Assembly: GCA_002633005.1 (NCBI GenBank)
Contig: NMRA01000957.1
Location: 1 to 64,000 of the forward strand
Length of the DNA stretch: 64,000 nt
Source: Phoronis australis
Taxonomy: Eukaryota; Animalia; Phoronida
Reading direction: 5' to 3'
Numbering within the stretch: position 1 is the first letter of the stretch; each line of letters starts with the position of its first letter. This document shows, one piece after another, positions 51,827 to 63,795 of this stretch. Made by a program: the position numbers and the translations under genes. Under the pieces are notes generated by a model. It searched no databases and was not told where the DNA came from. It worked only from the letters and a program-made list of their open reading frames with translations.

Positions 51827-51949
51827 CGCCAGATAAACTAGACAAAGAGTTGTAAGTTAAACGAGTTTAATTCGCAGCCGACAACACAACGAGGCGGAAC
51901 CGGAACGGCTCTCGCCAAACACAGTCGTACGAATAACAATGCCATGGCG
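51827..51949 (-). repeat. 5' LTR (123 bp)
   Basis: Differs from the 3' LTR by 4 substitutions and one 6-bp indel. Confidence 0.93.
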
Positions 51950-53554
51950 AATAGCAAATCAGAAATAGGCTCATCTAATCTATCTATCACTGTCCAGGAT
52001 TGGAACCAAGCGAACCTCTTCTTGAAATATCAAATGCAAAAACGGTATCGAGGAAGAGTCCCAAAATGATTCGATGAACTTGCTCCATCAAATATTGCCG
52101 GAATCATCAATGACAAATATAGGTAAAAAATGCCATGAATCGTCTCTGACCCAGTTTCAAACTGTAAATGCTCCAAGCATCGTTGCTTCCACTACTAGCG
52201 AAACTGTCAGCGAATTGCGCGTTGATGAAATATGCGACATGTTGACAATGGGTATACTTACAGAAACGTCAGTGACGTACATTCGTCTAATATAGTTCAA
52301 GGACAAGAATCGAATCAGTCTTCACTTAAAAAATTAGATGCATTCACTAGCGAAACTGGCAGCAGTTTCCATGACGAAGATAAAACATCATACGAAACGT
52401 TGAATATTTTATCACATGGAGATATGTCTAATAACGTCACAGGCAACAGTAGGCTAACGTTGAACCGTTGTTCCAGAGCCCACAGTAAAGCATATCATTA
52501 TCCCTTTAAAGCCAGTGAATTGCGTCGATCAAGGCAACATTTCAAATGCCGAAAAAATAAGATTTTGAAAAAGGAGCCATAACAACCAGGAAAAACTCTT
52601 TTTCCCGAAAAAAGAGGATCGGACAGACCGTTACTGCTTCCAACAAGTGTTCTTTCACACCCCTATCGCACTCCTTAACCACCTAACACAGTACCTGTTC
52701 TACATTCCACGAACAGGCCGAGGAAATTGTTTCACTCGGGGTCTGTTCAATTTTCAAGCTTTATCCCGGAAAATTTCCAAAACAGGCCCATGGCGATAAC
52801 TACACAACCCCTCCCCCCCATAAAGAACTACCCACACCATCACTGCTGGTCTTGGATATACTCCCACAAGTGGTGCTCTGTAGATCAGTGGCCAAAGGCA
52901 TTGATCATCTATACTTGTAACTTTGATTTTTTTATTTAAGTATGTTTGTTTATCAAGAATTCGTATGATGACGAAAACAACTTGACTCGTCGATTTATGA
53001 AAGAGGACAGTAACAGAACTGGGGTTGTGCATTACGTGGGCCCTTAGTTCACAACCACGGGTTGGCAACGTTTACTACGACCTGCTTCATTACTTGGGTG
53101 ATTGAATACAGTAAAACCGATTCATCTTTCATAAAAATTTACAGATTTTTTAGTCATTTGTTAGACAAAAAAGGATGCTAAAAACTAATACAGTATCAAT
53201 CAAAGAACGCATAACGCTGCATTTCACGTCATCTAAGTACTGTATTGTAAACTAATTAGCAACCAAGCACCTGCTGAGTAATTGTCGTGACATAATGTCA
53301 AGTGGCAGCTGTGTTTTCATGGACAACCATTTCATATTTCTTTTTTCACCAAGACGTAATTTACGATATATTAATTGTAGCTTTTCAACCTGAAATAGTT
53401 GACTGTTTGTGTTTCCTGCTTTCAAGTACTTCCTTTCAAACTGGAACAGAGACCTCAGATTCGCATTTGAAGTTAAATCATCACCTATTTGGACACCAGT
53501 GTTCGTGCCGTCAATCATCCGTAAAACGAATCTCCCCGCTAAAAGAGAAGTAAT

Positions 53555-55885
53555 CAGTGGCGGATCTACGTTTTCAGTAAGGGGGGCTTAGGATTCCCGC
53601 AAAGGTCGAATCCTAGGCGCGTGGCGCCGAGCGGGGGAAACCCCCCTCCCGTGTAAGACATTTTTTTGTTTTTGTAGCCAAATAGTGAAATTTCCATGCA
53701 TCCTGGTAAGTTTCTGGCACTTAACTTGTCTCTGGAGTTTTTCTTAAGATAATTAAAAACCCTTCTCGATTTCGTCACATGAACTTGGCTCATAATTTTC
53801 GTGAAACCATATTGTGCACATATGGGTATGAGTCACCAGCAAAATTTTTTGTTGGAACATCTGCTTACACACACCTTTTTTAGCATACGAAAAGTCGTAT
53901 ACGAAAAAGTGTGGTGTGTATACAGGGGTTTAGACCACTTCCAAATATGCAAGAGCATAAGGAGCACCGACGGGGCGTAAAACTTGAATATCAGATGATC
54001 GCATAACAGCAGCCTCAAGTTGTTTAAGAACGAAGGACCTGTATTGTTAGTCGGGAAATAAACATATGTTCTGTCTCGTTACGAGAAAAACTGGGGAACG
54101 ATGGTGCTCTCAGCTCATAGTCTATCATTAAAAGCGACAATAAATAATTAAATATCACTTTATTAAGCTGAATCACGTTGACAACAATTGAAAAATGTCA
54201 AATGTTTCAGAAAACAAATCATCTGAAAACAGTTTCACGAAACTAAAACATCCTGTGCACAGTGGTGAAAAGATATACTGGACTAGTTTGCGGAGAGACC
54301 ATGTACACTGAGAGTACACAAAAAGGCTGACCTGGTCCGTCACTAGACCAAGAGTACACCTGTGCTCATTATCCCTATAAAAATAGAAGATCTGTCGCCG
54401 GACCAAACAATACTGGCTGAGATAAATAGTTTTACAAAGCACACTTTGGTAAAAAAAATCACAAGACTAGTTCGCCGAGGGACCAGAAGTACACTGAAAC
54501 TCAACATCTACACAAGTCAAGCTGGCCTGGTCCGTCGCGAAGCCTAAAGAGTACTATGCAAAAAATTTTGAATTGAAAACTTCTCTCTAGACACTTTTTA
54601 ATCCCCAGTGGTTACTCATACGTTAGTCCTATCCTTCTGTTGTCAAGACTGCCGAGGAATCTGTATATCGGATCCAATGGCTTGCTCGTCTTGGAACCAT
54701 TCTACCTAGATATCTTCGATGTTTGTTCTCAACGCTTGCACTTCGTCAACTGCTGTGTCAATGAGCTTGTAAGTCTCTACAATGTCAGCATCTCGTTTCG
54801 CAGCTCAGTTGGCACTAAGACCCTTGAGGTTGCCAAGTCCATTCAAAAGACTTACATGCGCAACTAGATTTGATCCGTTCATCATGAACTGCTTCAAACC
54901 TTGACGATGTATCCCAGGACCTATTTGCATCTCTTGTAATTTTCGAAATAAAAGTCCCAATGTCTGAACGCTTGAAACCCGAAGTACTAACATCATGCGC
55001 ATGAGCGTTTCATCGGGTGGCCTTTCTGCGGAAATTCCCAGCATAGAAGACGGCAGACGTGTTTATTGCAGGTAGAAAGACGGTAGGTGTTGAGGTCGGA
55101 ACTAGGGCTCCTTAGGAGGCCTATTGAACATCGCAAGAGTCCCGCAAGACTTTGTTGTGAAAGAACAGCCTCTCCGCAATTTCTGGTACTGTACACTGTT
55201 TGCGAATGCAGTCACTTTGTCAATGTGAGTCACACCTTGGTCATTCCTTGAATAGAACTTGTTAGAGTGTATCTTCAAACGGACTCGCGACCAGGCCACG
55301 GCGCCCGCCACAATAGCAATTCTTCGGAAAAAGAATTTTTCTTTCAAAAATATTACATATACATGTACACTGTATGATATTACTCAAGACAACTTTACTA
55401 TACATCAGTTACAAACGTGTGGAGTGTAATAGAATGACACGGCATGACAGATGAGGTAAAAACGTTGCACTTAAATTCGCCTGAATATCAGTGGTTGCGG
55501 CACCACAGTATTTCCCCTAATCAAATCAAAGCATATCTTAGAGTAAAGAAGCTAGTTACCTAAAGAAATCAGCTATAGAACAGCTCTTTCAGCGGTGGAT
55601 CCATCTAAGATGCTTGGCTACTTCAGAAGTGTCGACGGAAGCGCGCCCACAATTGATCTCCGCGCGTTTTGCCGATGAGCCAAGGAGACTCAGCAATTCA
55701 CAATGCAAAAAATTATATTTTCAGAGTGAACGCCCCCCCCCCCCCTCAATTTTTTCCATGTTGGTTTACTTGGGGTTTACACACGCTAGCGGTGCCGTTT
55801 TTGTTTTGCTGGAGACGTTTTTGTTTTTTTATTTTTGGGTCCTGGTCCAAGGGGGGGNCCCCCCCCCCCCGTAGATCCGCCACTG
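53555..55885. mobile_element. hAT DNA transposon with a 5-bp TSD (hAT5-like), internally deleted
   Basis: Perfect TIRs CAGTGGCGGATCTACG / CGTAGATCCGCCACTG and TSD GTAAT on both sides. Confidence 0.9.
54630..55260 (-). pseudogene. hAT transposase remnant (ZMYM1/THAP12-like)
   Basis: NLKGLSAN*..KRDADIVETYKLIDTAVDEVQALRTNIEDI*VEWFQ...DIQIPRQ, with stops and frameshifts. Confidence 0.7.
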
Positions 55886-57191
55886 GTAATTACATCACTA
55901 TACAATGTACCTTGAACCTACCGCAAATATATATACCACCTCAGTACCTCGAAAAGTTATAGGCTAGACCCAACCTTCTGGAAATAGAGAGTACATTTTG
56001 AAGTAATGATCGAGCCACCAGACTTTGCAACTAGGGAACACAAAGTAATTGTGGTCGATACTTGCTCTAATGTTGCCACAGCTTAAGTGCACTTAGAACT
56101 CCGAATCAGATGTCTCTTGTTTGTTTTTCCAACTATATTTTTACAGCGTGTGCACTTTCTGGTGAAAGCCTAGAATCAGTGTTCTGTTTGTATATTAATT
56201 GCCCTCTTATCACGTAAGCTCGTTTTGGGGTGGTGCTTCCTAGATGATGCAAATGTGATACAAACAATAATATGACAAAATATTGGTCAAGTGTCACATG
56301 CAGAAGAAAATCATACAAGGCCATTGATTAAAATCTCAGTACGACTAAGGAATCCCTTGTAATTAACAAGTATGTACCTAGTATAAAATTTGCGTGATAT
56401 TGTAAGCGGTCAAACGGGGTCGAATTATTAGCAAATGGCCACTCGTTTTTTACTAATTTTATGTCATTATAAGTAGTATTCACTACAATGGACCCACTTA
56501 TGATGTCCGTTCTTACGCGGATTTGAACAGAATGTCACGGTAATTATTGTTTCGGTCCAAAAAACGAATGCGGATAGATTCCTCGATTATTTCCGTAAGT
56601 ATTTCATGATTTATTGTCAAATTGACAGATGTTATCATTAAAAATCAACAAAATTGATTCTCACCCGCTTATTCAACGTACCTTCGCATTATTTCTATCT
56701 GAAGACCAACCTACTTCATTTTAATTCATTTGCTTTATGAGATCTCGGCGCTAGGGATAGCAGACGGGAATCAAGACGATTATTAGTGAATTGCAAAAAG
56801 GCGATATTACGGATGGTTTTGAAACTGTAAAATATTTGGTACTTTTTCCAAGATAAGATATATTGTAGTAGCCAACTGGCTATCTTGAGCCTGCCTTGGA
56901 AGACTCGGTTCAGCACGTAGCGCCGCAGTACGGCTCCTTTGCGAAAACTAATCGGATATGCACATTAGGCATGCGCTAGATTCCGCAGTTTCGGCATTTG
57001 GTTGTTTGGAAACTGACAAGTGACAAAAGCTTAGATTATGGATGATGATCTAGATTTTTCACCTAGTTTGAAAAAGAAGGTATATACTTTAGATTTTGGT
57101 CCTACCACAATTATAACAAGCTATTTCCTGTTGCTTGCGGCATTATAGAAATCTTGAGAGTTTGGATATTGCTGTGTCTGTGACGAGCTGA

Positions 57192-57227
57192 GTTGCCGTT
57201 GCCGTAGCCGTTGCCGTTGCCGTTGGC
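57192..57227. repeat. (GTTGCC)n microsatellite, probably part of a HINE-like element
   Basis: gttgccgttgccgtagccgttgccgttgccgttggc. Confidence 0.8.
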
Positions 57228-57288
57228 TGCTGGCATTGACGAGATTTTCTTGTTTCATTCCTGGGGCAGCGTGCCCGTGTGGCTACGT

Positions 57289-57400
57289 GTCGGATATAAT
57301 GGACCCTGATTTAGAGAACCAGGCAATCACTAAATAACGGCCCCGTTATTTAGACTTTAGTGGATGAAACTGGTTCTCTAAATCAATGTCCATATCCGAC
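57289..57400. repeat. 112-bp near-perfect hairpin (tiny MITE or pre-miRNA-like)
   Basis: gtcggata..tggac..tgatttagagaaccag pairs with ctggttctctaaatca.tgtccatatccgac; inner stem ctaaataacgg / ccgttatttag. Confidence 0.8.
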
Positions 57401-58105
57401 TTAAGTTAGTTGTGCCTTTCTGCTCGCACGCTTTCCCGGTAGATACTGCCATATTTTGAATGGAAGGAGTTGTCTGGCTGCAAAAAAATGAACTATTCTA
57501 GCGACACCCATATCATAATGCAGAGTGTCGCTCTTCCATAAGTTCAAACTGTGCGACCGAGGCCTGTTGACCCTGCATGGCGGGCCCTGGTATGCATCCA
57601 CTAACAAGAATCCACAAAAAACAGGGTTATTTTCAAGTTCCAAATTGGTGAAAATTGTAGGCCTATCACTTCAGGGAATTTCGTAGAAAAGGGGTCAAAT
57701 TATCACTGTTCTAAAAATTATGGAAAAGGGTGAAATTGTGCCCCTTGTTGCTCCACGTTATCTACGGAAAACTTTAGTGGGGAATCTCGCGCTGGCAAGA
57801 ACACCATTCAGAATCGATGATGCTGTTTCATTTATTAGAAACAGGTGTCGCTGTAATTTTGAGTTGAGCGAACATGCGGAGGTGTCATCTGGGAAATAGT
57901 GCAAACAGAAGTTTGACGAAATGCAGTAGGGGACACATTCATATATTTTTGGAATGAGAACAAGAGACAGAATGATACCAAAATCATGTGTGTAGGTCAA
58001 TGTCATCATATTAACTCTTGCTTTTCTCTCAGCTAGGTCTGCCGAAAGTATTCCCAATTAATACTAGTTTGAAATTGTCAGGCTCTGTGACTATGTTGGC
58101 AGTGC

Positions 58106-58544
58106 TGTTTCAGCCCAAACTTAATCTACCTAAACTGTTGCCTGCTCCAAACTGATTCGGCGCACTTCAATTTGGCGCATGTTGGTGAGCCAAACTGATA
58201 CCTTCGCCAAACTGAAGCTACCGTAAGTTACCAAGTTACTGCCAGTAGTTTATTGATTTTTTTACTCTTATCAAAACTGAAGTTGACGACATTGAGTACC
58301 ACATATGTAGGTTAATGGATTAATCACACGGGGAAGTGTCCTGAGAGACTATCATGCACCACCCAGCACTCATTGTCATCAATTTCAGTTCTGATAACTG
58401 TTAAAAAAATTATAAACCACCGGCAGTAAATTGGGAATTCACAACAGCTTCGGTTTGGCACAGGCATCAGTTTGGCTCACCAACCTGAGCCAAATTGAAG
58501 TGCGCCAAATAAGTTTGGTGCAGGCTTCAGTTTGGGCTGCAACA
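58106..58544. mobile_element. Ginger-type palindromic MITE
   Basis: TGT...ACA termini, 4-bp TSD GTGC, and ~190-bp inverted arms with repeated ccaaactga sub-motifs. Confidence 0.8.
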
Positions 58545-58867
58545 GTGCCACCGTCTCTATTTAGCAGTTGAGATGGTGATGTTTGCTTCAATTTTGCAGT
58601 AATCTTCAAGACCAACCCGTTCTAACAAACCCATAATCAAGAAAAGTTAGACCAAAGATAGGCCTATGTTTCTTCATTTTTGGTCAGTATTAAGCTTCAT
58701 AATGCTGTGCATTGAAGAAAAGGTTGACCTAACTTAGACAACTTCTTATGGTCAGTTTTCACCAGCATTAGGCGTCCTAATGTTGCACACTGGAGAACAG
58801 TTTGCTGAATGACCACTTGTGTTCAGCATTGTTATCTGAATGGTTCCGTAATTTTTTCTTCTTTCAG

Positions 58868-58972
58868 TCAAATGTGAAGAAAGGAAGGCGTGCAAAAGAC
58901 ACTCGTGAACCGTCACCACCGCCCTCCTATAATGATGAAGAGGAACTCAATTTGTCCTTGAAGTCCAAGGAA
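58868..58972 (+). CDS. Possible internal exon of an unidentified gene (SNVKKGRRAKDTREPSPPPSYNDEEELNLSLKSKE)
   Basis: Strong acceptor attttttcttctttcag, donor gtatgt, 105 nt (symmetric) and open. No partner exons identified. Confidence 0.4.
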
Positions 58973-60236
58973 GTATGTAAACTGCAATCACCTCTTGCTT
59001 TACACATGTGGTCACGTTTGTGTTCAAAATTACCGCAATTGTTTAAGCTGCTAAGAACACGCCTTCTGCCAGAAGAGAACAACTTTTGATTATGGCCACG
59101 TCCCAAACATAAAAATTGCAAATTCTTCGTTATTTGGGCAGTAAAGATAGCAGTACACAGAGCTTGGTATAAGCAAGTAAACGCTTGAAAATATGAGTAG
59201 AAAGAGTAAAATACAAGTACAAAATTGAAACCACTCGTATTATTCGAACCGTGCAGACCGGACATTCGGCGTATTTTGTTGTCACTTTTTACGAGCCCAA
59301 ATCCTGAAGAATATGCCGTCGTTCATCACTCTAATTTTCAAGCAGACGTTTTTGCCTGAGTCGAGCACTGAGTGGAGATGGAAGACAACCACGAAGTGAT
59401 GGTTAACAACAGGAAATACTTTTATTCATGTTTTCTGTGTACACAATAGTAAAAGTTCCTGTGCTGTGCTACAGATGGCAGCAGCTATGGATCCTTGTTT
59501 GCAGAAATTGTCTCTTTTTGTTCTTAGAGGTGATTTCTGGTTTTTGGAAGAAATAACTGTTTGTTTTTGCTTGAGCACATACTCCACCAGGTGACGTGTT
59601 GGGGACCATAGGTCATTTTATGCAGTGCAGATAGTCTCAAGGAAACCCAATTGTCTGGTCTTTCCAGGCCAAAAATCACCTTTCAGTTGAATAAGGAACG
59701 AGGTGGGATAAGTTTTGCACCAGCAAGCAGTTCAAATCATCACAAGGAACCTCCCGTTTGGCTTCATCTCTAGATGACAGCAGTTTCTAAATTGAGGTTT
59801 AATTCAAATGTCAATCTAGTGACTTATTAAGCATCCCTTGTTATTTTGTTCAGCATCAGGACTCACAGGCCAGTTGTGTATACAATGGTTCAAAAAGTTA
59901 CTATAGCATTTGTCAATGGGTGATGAGAACCAAAATTTAACGCAACTTTTTGGGCTAATTTTTAACGTATTTCTTCTGTTCCCAACTTATTTTTTATGAG
60001 GAGTTCAATCTCAAAAGCCAAACGGTTGCAAAAGTCTATATCAATTGATTTTAACCAGTCTTTTTGCTGTGAAGCCATCGCTAATGTGGTAATTGCTCTA
60101 CTCTGCACTATAGCACTTTTGATCAGATTTCCTGATAAAGCAGGCATCTTCAGTTACAAATTGACTTTTTCAAATCTATTGACGAAGTGCAAGGTGCCAT
60201 GAAAAAGGCAGAGTTTCTAAAATACAAAAGCTAAGG

Positions 60237-60530
60237 AGGCAGTGTGCCCTAGTGGGATCAGTCTCCGCGCCTCCTGTACTCAAGGCTGTGGGTTAAGTCC
60301 CATTGGGGCACACTGCTACAGCCTATAGTCACGTCTCTAGGTCCTCAGCTCAGTTTTATTAAAAAAGCGTACGGTTCCTGGTGATCAGTGCAAGGGGCCC
60401 ACCTGAGCAACCTACGCATATCTGGTGCACGTATACCAGACCACCTGCAATTATAATTATAGATAATACGAAGCTTTGCTCTTTATTGGCAGGCGGGTTT
60501 TAAGCAGCTTTAGGTGTGCTAGGTAGCCTC
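60237..60530 (+). mobile_element. tRNA-derived SINE-like element
   Basis: A-box-like tgccctagtgg and B-box-like gggttaagtccc at tRNA-like spacing after a ggaggcagtg head. Confidence 0.45.
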
Positions 60531-61063
60531 CAGTAGAATTCAGAGTCACAAGTTAGGCAGAGTGTGAGTTATGTCTTGTTAATCGATGTGGGCACGTTTT
60601 GAGTGTACAGGATGCCTCGTAACTTTGTTGTTTGTGTAAGAACTGTATAGAGATCACAGTGCCGTGAAATCTTGCTACTTGCCATTGTATTTGCTTTAGT
60701 TAAATCGTCTAATTTTGTTTTGTGTAGGATGACCTGGATGAGGTAGGTTTGTTGTGTGTTATGTAACTGTGTGTAATATAACTTCAGTTCCGGTTGTCTC
60801 TTGCCAAAACTCTCTACATGGCTCAAACTACACTTCATGTTTCTATTTCATAATCTTCCTACGGTATTCATTAATTCACAGGACCGGTATTGTAACAGTT
60901 AATTTCACTTCCTTCAAGCATGTCACTGTCATTTTCCCAGCACAACAATAAAAATGATTAGTAAAATTTTGTCTTTCCCTAGACTGCAGATTAGAAAAAC
61001 TATGATCTCTTCAAACATGGCATATGATTTTTAAAGCATGGCTTGAAGAGCTTTTCAAACGTG

Positions 61064-62050
61064 ACTGAAGATCTTTAAACATGGCTCAGGGCATTGCAAA
61101 TGTAGTTCAAGATGTGTAACATTGACTCTATATTAATAAATATGATTCAGGACTTTTTAAAACAGTCCTCTGGTCCATGTAAGAACATAATTCACTCAAG
61201 CAGACATGATCTAGACTGACTTTCAGGCTATACTTGTTGAAGTCATTCATTCAAGCACTCAAGAGTCAAAAATTCACTATGTGCATTGCGACCAGTTGTG
61301 AATTAATTGCGTTCTAGTTGTGGGACAGAACCTTGTAATGGGTATTTAATCCAGTCAAAAACTGTCCAATCGTAGACAACTTACTGCACAGGGAGTCCTT
61401 GTCAAGGGCAAAACTAAATTGTTGAAAGTGTGCAGAAAACAGACAGTGTGGGAACTGAAGTTTTCTCGCAGTGCATCTTGTCGCATTATCTCATGTGCTA
61501 GTAACGAGACTTCCAAGGGTTAAGCAAAAGTTTATGTTAATTGCAATGTTAATGCTTTTTGTTTTAATGAATCTATCAAACATTTTTCATTGTTTTTATT
61601 TTGAAACGGAAACATTTGTATGTGTAATGTTTATGTTTAAATGTACACATACACTCACATGTGTGTGTATGTGGGTGTATTATGCCGACATCCCTGTCAA
61701 TACATCCGGCATCCTCGGCAGTATCTTCGAAACCTCTTGATAGATGCTCGTGAAATTTTGCAGATGTGTTTGTATTATGGATGGCTCAGCGTGAGTGAAT
61801 TTGTGCATGGATCCGACCAGTGGTTTGTCCCCTAGTGGCAATTTTATTTTTTACGTTTTTCTCTTTATCTTCGGAGTTCCTGGTCGGAATTTTATGAAAT
61901 GTTGTGAAGAGGTTTCTATTAAAAAGACGATGACACCTTTTCATTTTCAGATAGATTCGACACACTGTAGTCCACCTAGTGTCCATTTTGTTATTTGGCA
62001 TCTGTCTATGACAAGCGATTCTTAAGATCATAAAGAAAACTGGCGTTTAA
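61064..62050 (+). repeat. ~1-kb duplicated segment, copy 1
   Basis: Colinear and highly similar to 62840-63795 (SNPs and small indels). Confidence 0.92.
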
Positions 62051-62838
62051 AAGGGGACTGTAGTCAAAATAATGTTGCAGTTAATCGGTTCTAATATACA
62101 AATAAAACTCACATTTGCCTGACTTGCGTGCCAAACAAAAGCCAATTCGAATTCATGGTCAAAACACTGAATTCTGAAAGCGATCGCTGATTGGCTGATG
62201 TGTCAGTGACGTGAACGGAGGGGTATCGGCTGCTTTACACATTCATTGCTTATGTCATATTTGAAGAGTTTACATCGTAATTTATCATTGTATCAATCGT
62301 CCTTAATTTTTATTGTTTGCCACAGTGCTGTAAAAGGTTCGCTATGCTTTTTTGTATGGCACCTGGTTGCTCAAACTCTTCGAAAAAGGAGTCTTCTAAA
62401 GGGATGGTCATCGCGTACCATCGCCGGGTTACCCAAGCCTTGGCCCAAAGCTCTGTTTAGATATAGGCCTACAGGTTTAAGCCGATATGGGTAAAAATGT
62501 ACAAATAAAATCTGATTCAAATAAATGTCTAAGTCATCCTTGAGTAAACCTAGGAACCAGGTTCCTAGAGTAAACTAACTTCTGTATTTACTGGTGTTGG
62601 AAATGTTAGCGATCGTTCATCGACTGCTGCTAGTAAAATTGTGATGTGTTCTCTCGAGTCGGCTTTTTGCGATTACGTCACCTGACCTTTACCAGTTTCT
62701 TTTCCCCCTGATTCTTTTATCAACGGTGTTCGTCGCTGACGGTACCTAGGTTGCGTACATGTTATAACAAATTAACGGAACTTGTTTCATTTTGTTTCAA
62801 GTTTTTAGTGTTTTTACACCAGCAAACCGAATTTTTGA
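62051..62838 (+). mobile_element. THAP-bearing Kolobok-like insertion, truncated at an assembly N
   Basis: Starts at a TTAA site (ttaa-aaggggactgtagtc). THAP start MLFCMAPGCSNSSKKE...IAYHR at 62344. Absent from the second copy of the duplication. Confidence 0.65.
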
Positions 62839-62839
62839 N

Positions 62840-63795
62840 ACTGAAGGTCTTTAAACATGGCTCAGGGCATTGCAAATGTAGTTCAAGATGTGTAACATTG
62901 GCTCTATATTAATAAATATGATTCGGGACTTTTTTAAAACAGTCCTGTACTCCATGTAAGAACATATATTATATTATATATTATAGCAGTCATTCATTCA
63001 AACACTCAAGAGTCAACAATTCACTATATGCATTGCGACTAGTTGTGAATTAATTGCGTTCTAGTTGTCGGACACAACCTTGTAATGGGGATTTAATCCA
63101 GTCAGCAACCGTCCAATCGTAGACAACTTACTGCACAGGGAGTCCTTGTCAAGGGCAAAACTAAATTGTTGAAAGTGCAGAAAACAGACAGTGTGGAAAC
63201 TGAAGTTTGCTCGCGGTGCATCTTGTCGCATTATCTCATGTGCTAGTAACGAGACTTCCAAGAGTCGAGCAAAAGTTTAATATGTTAATTGCAATGTTAA
63301 TGCTTTTTGTTTTAATGAATCTATCAAACATTTGTCATTGTTTTGATTTTGAAACGGAAACATTTGTATGTGCAATTTTTATGTTTAAATACACGTACAC
63401 TCACACATATGAGTGTATGTGGGTGTATTATGACGTCATCCCTGTTAATACATCCGGCATCCTTGGCTGTATCTTCGAAACCTCTTGATAGGTGTTCGTG
63501 AAATTTTGCAGATGTGTTTGTATTATGGATGGCTCAGCGTGAGTGAATTTGTGCATGGATCCGACCAGTGGTTTGTCCCCTAGTGGCAATTTTATTTTTT
63601 ACGTTATTCTCTTTATCTTCGGAGTTCCTGGTCTGAATTTCGTGAAATGTTGGGAAGAGGTTTCTATTAGAAAGACGACACCTTTTCATTTTCAGATAGA
63701 TTCGACACACTGTAGTCCACCTAGTGTCCATTTTGTTATTTGGCATCTGTCTCTGACAAGCGATTCTTAAGATCATAAAGAAAACTGGCGTTTAA
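62840..63795 (+). repeat. ~1-kb duplicated segment, copy 2 (starts right after the N at 62839)
   Basis: See copy 1. Confidence 0.92.

Larger units (their letters stand above)
46553..51949 (-). mobile_element. Full-length gypsy-like LTR retrotransposon of the Troyka type (short CGCCA..TGGCG LTRs, 3-bp TSD)
   Basis: Direct repeats at 46553-46669 and 51827-51949; TSD AAT at 46550-46552 and 51950-51952; internal order gag-PR-RT-RH-INT. Confidence 0.93.

Noticed and set aside
61471-63776. Pairs of similar ORFs suggesting a duplicated small gene
   Set aside because: They are by-products of the duplicated repeat segment, overlap on both strands and show no protein features.
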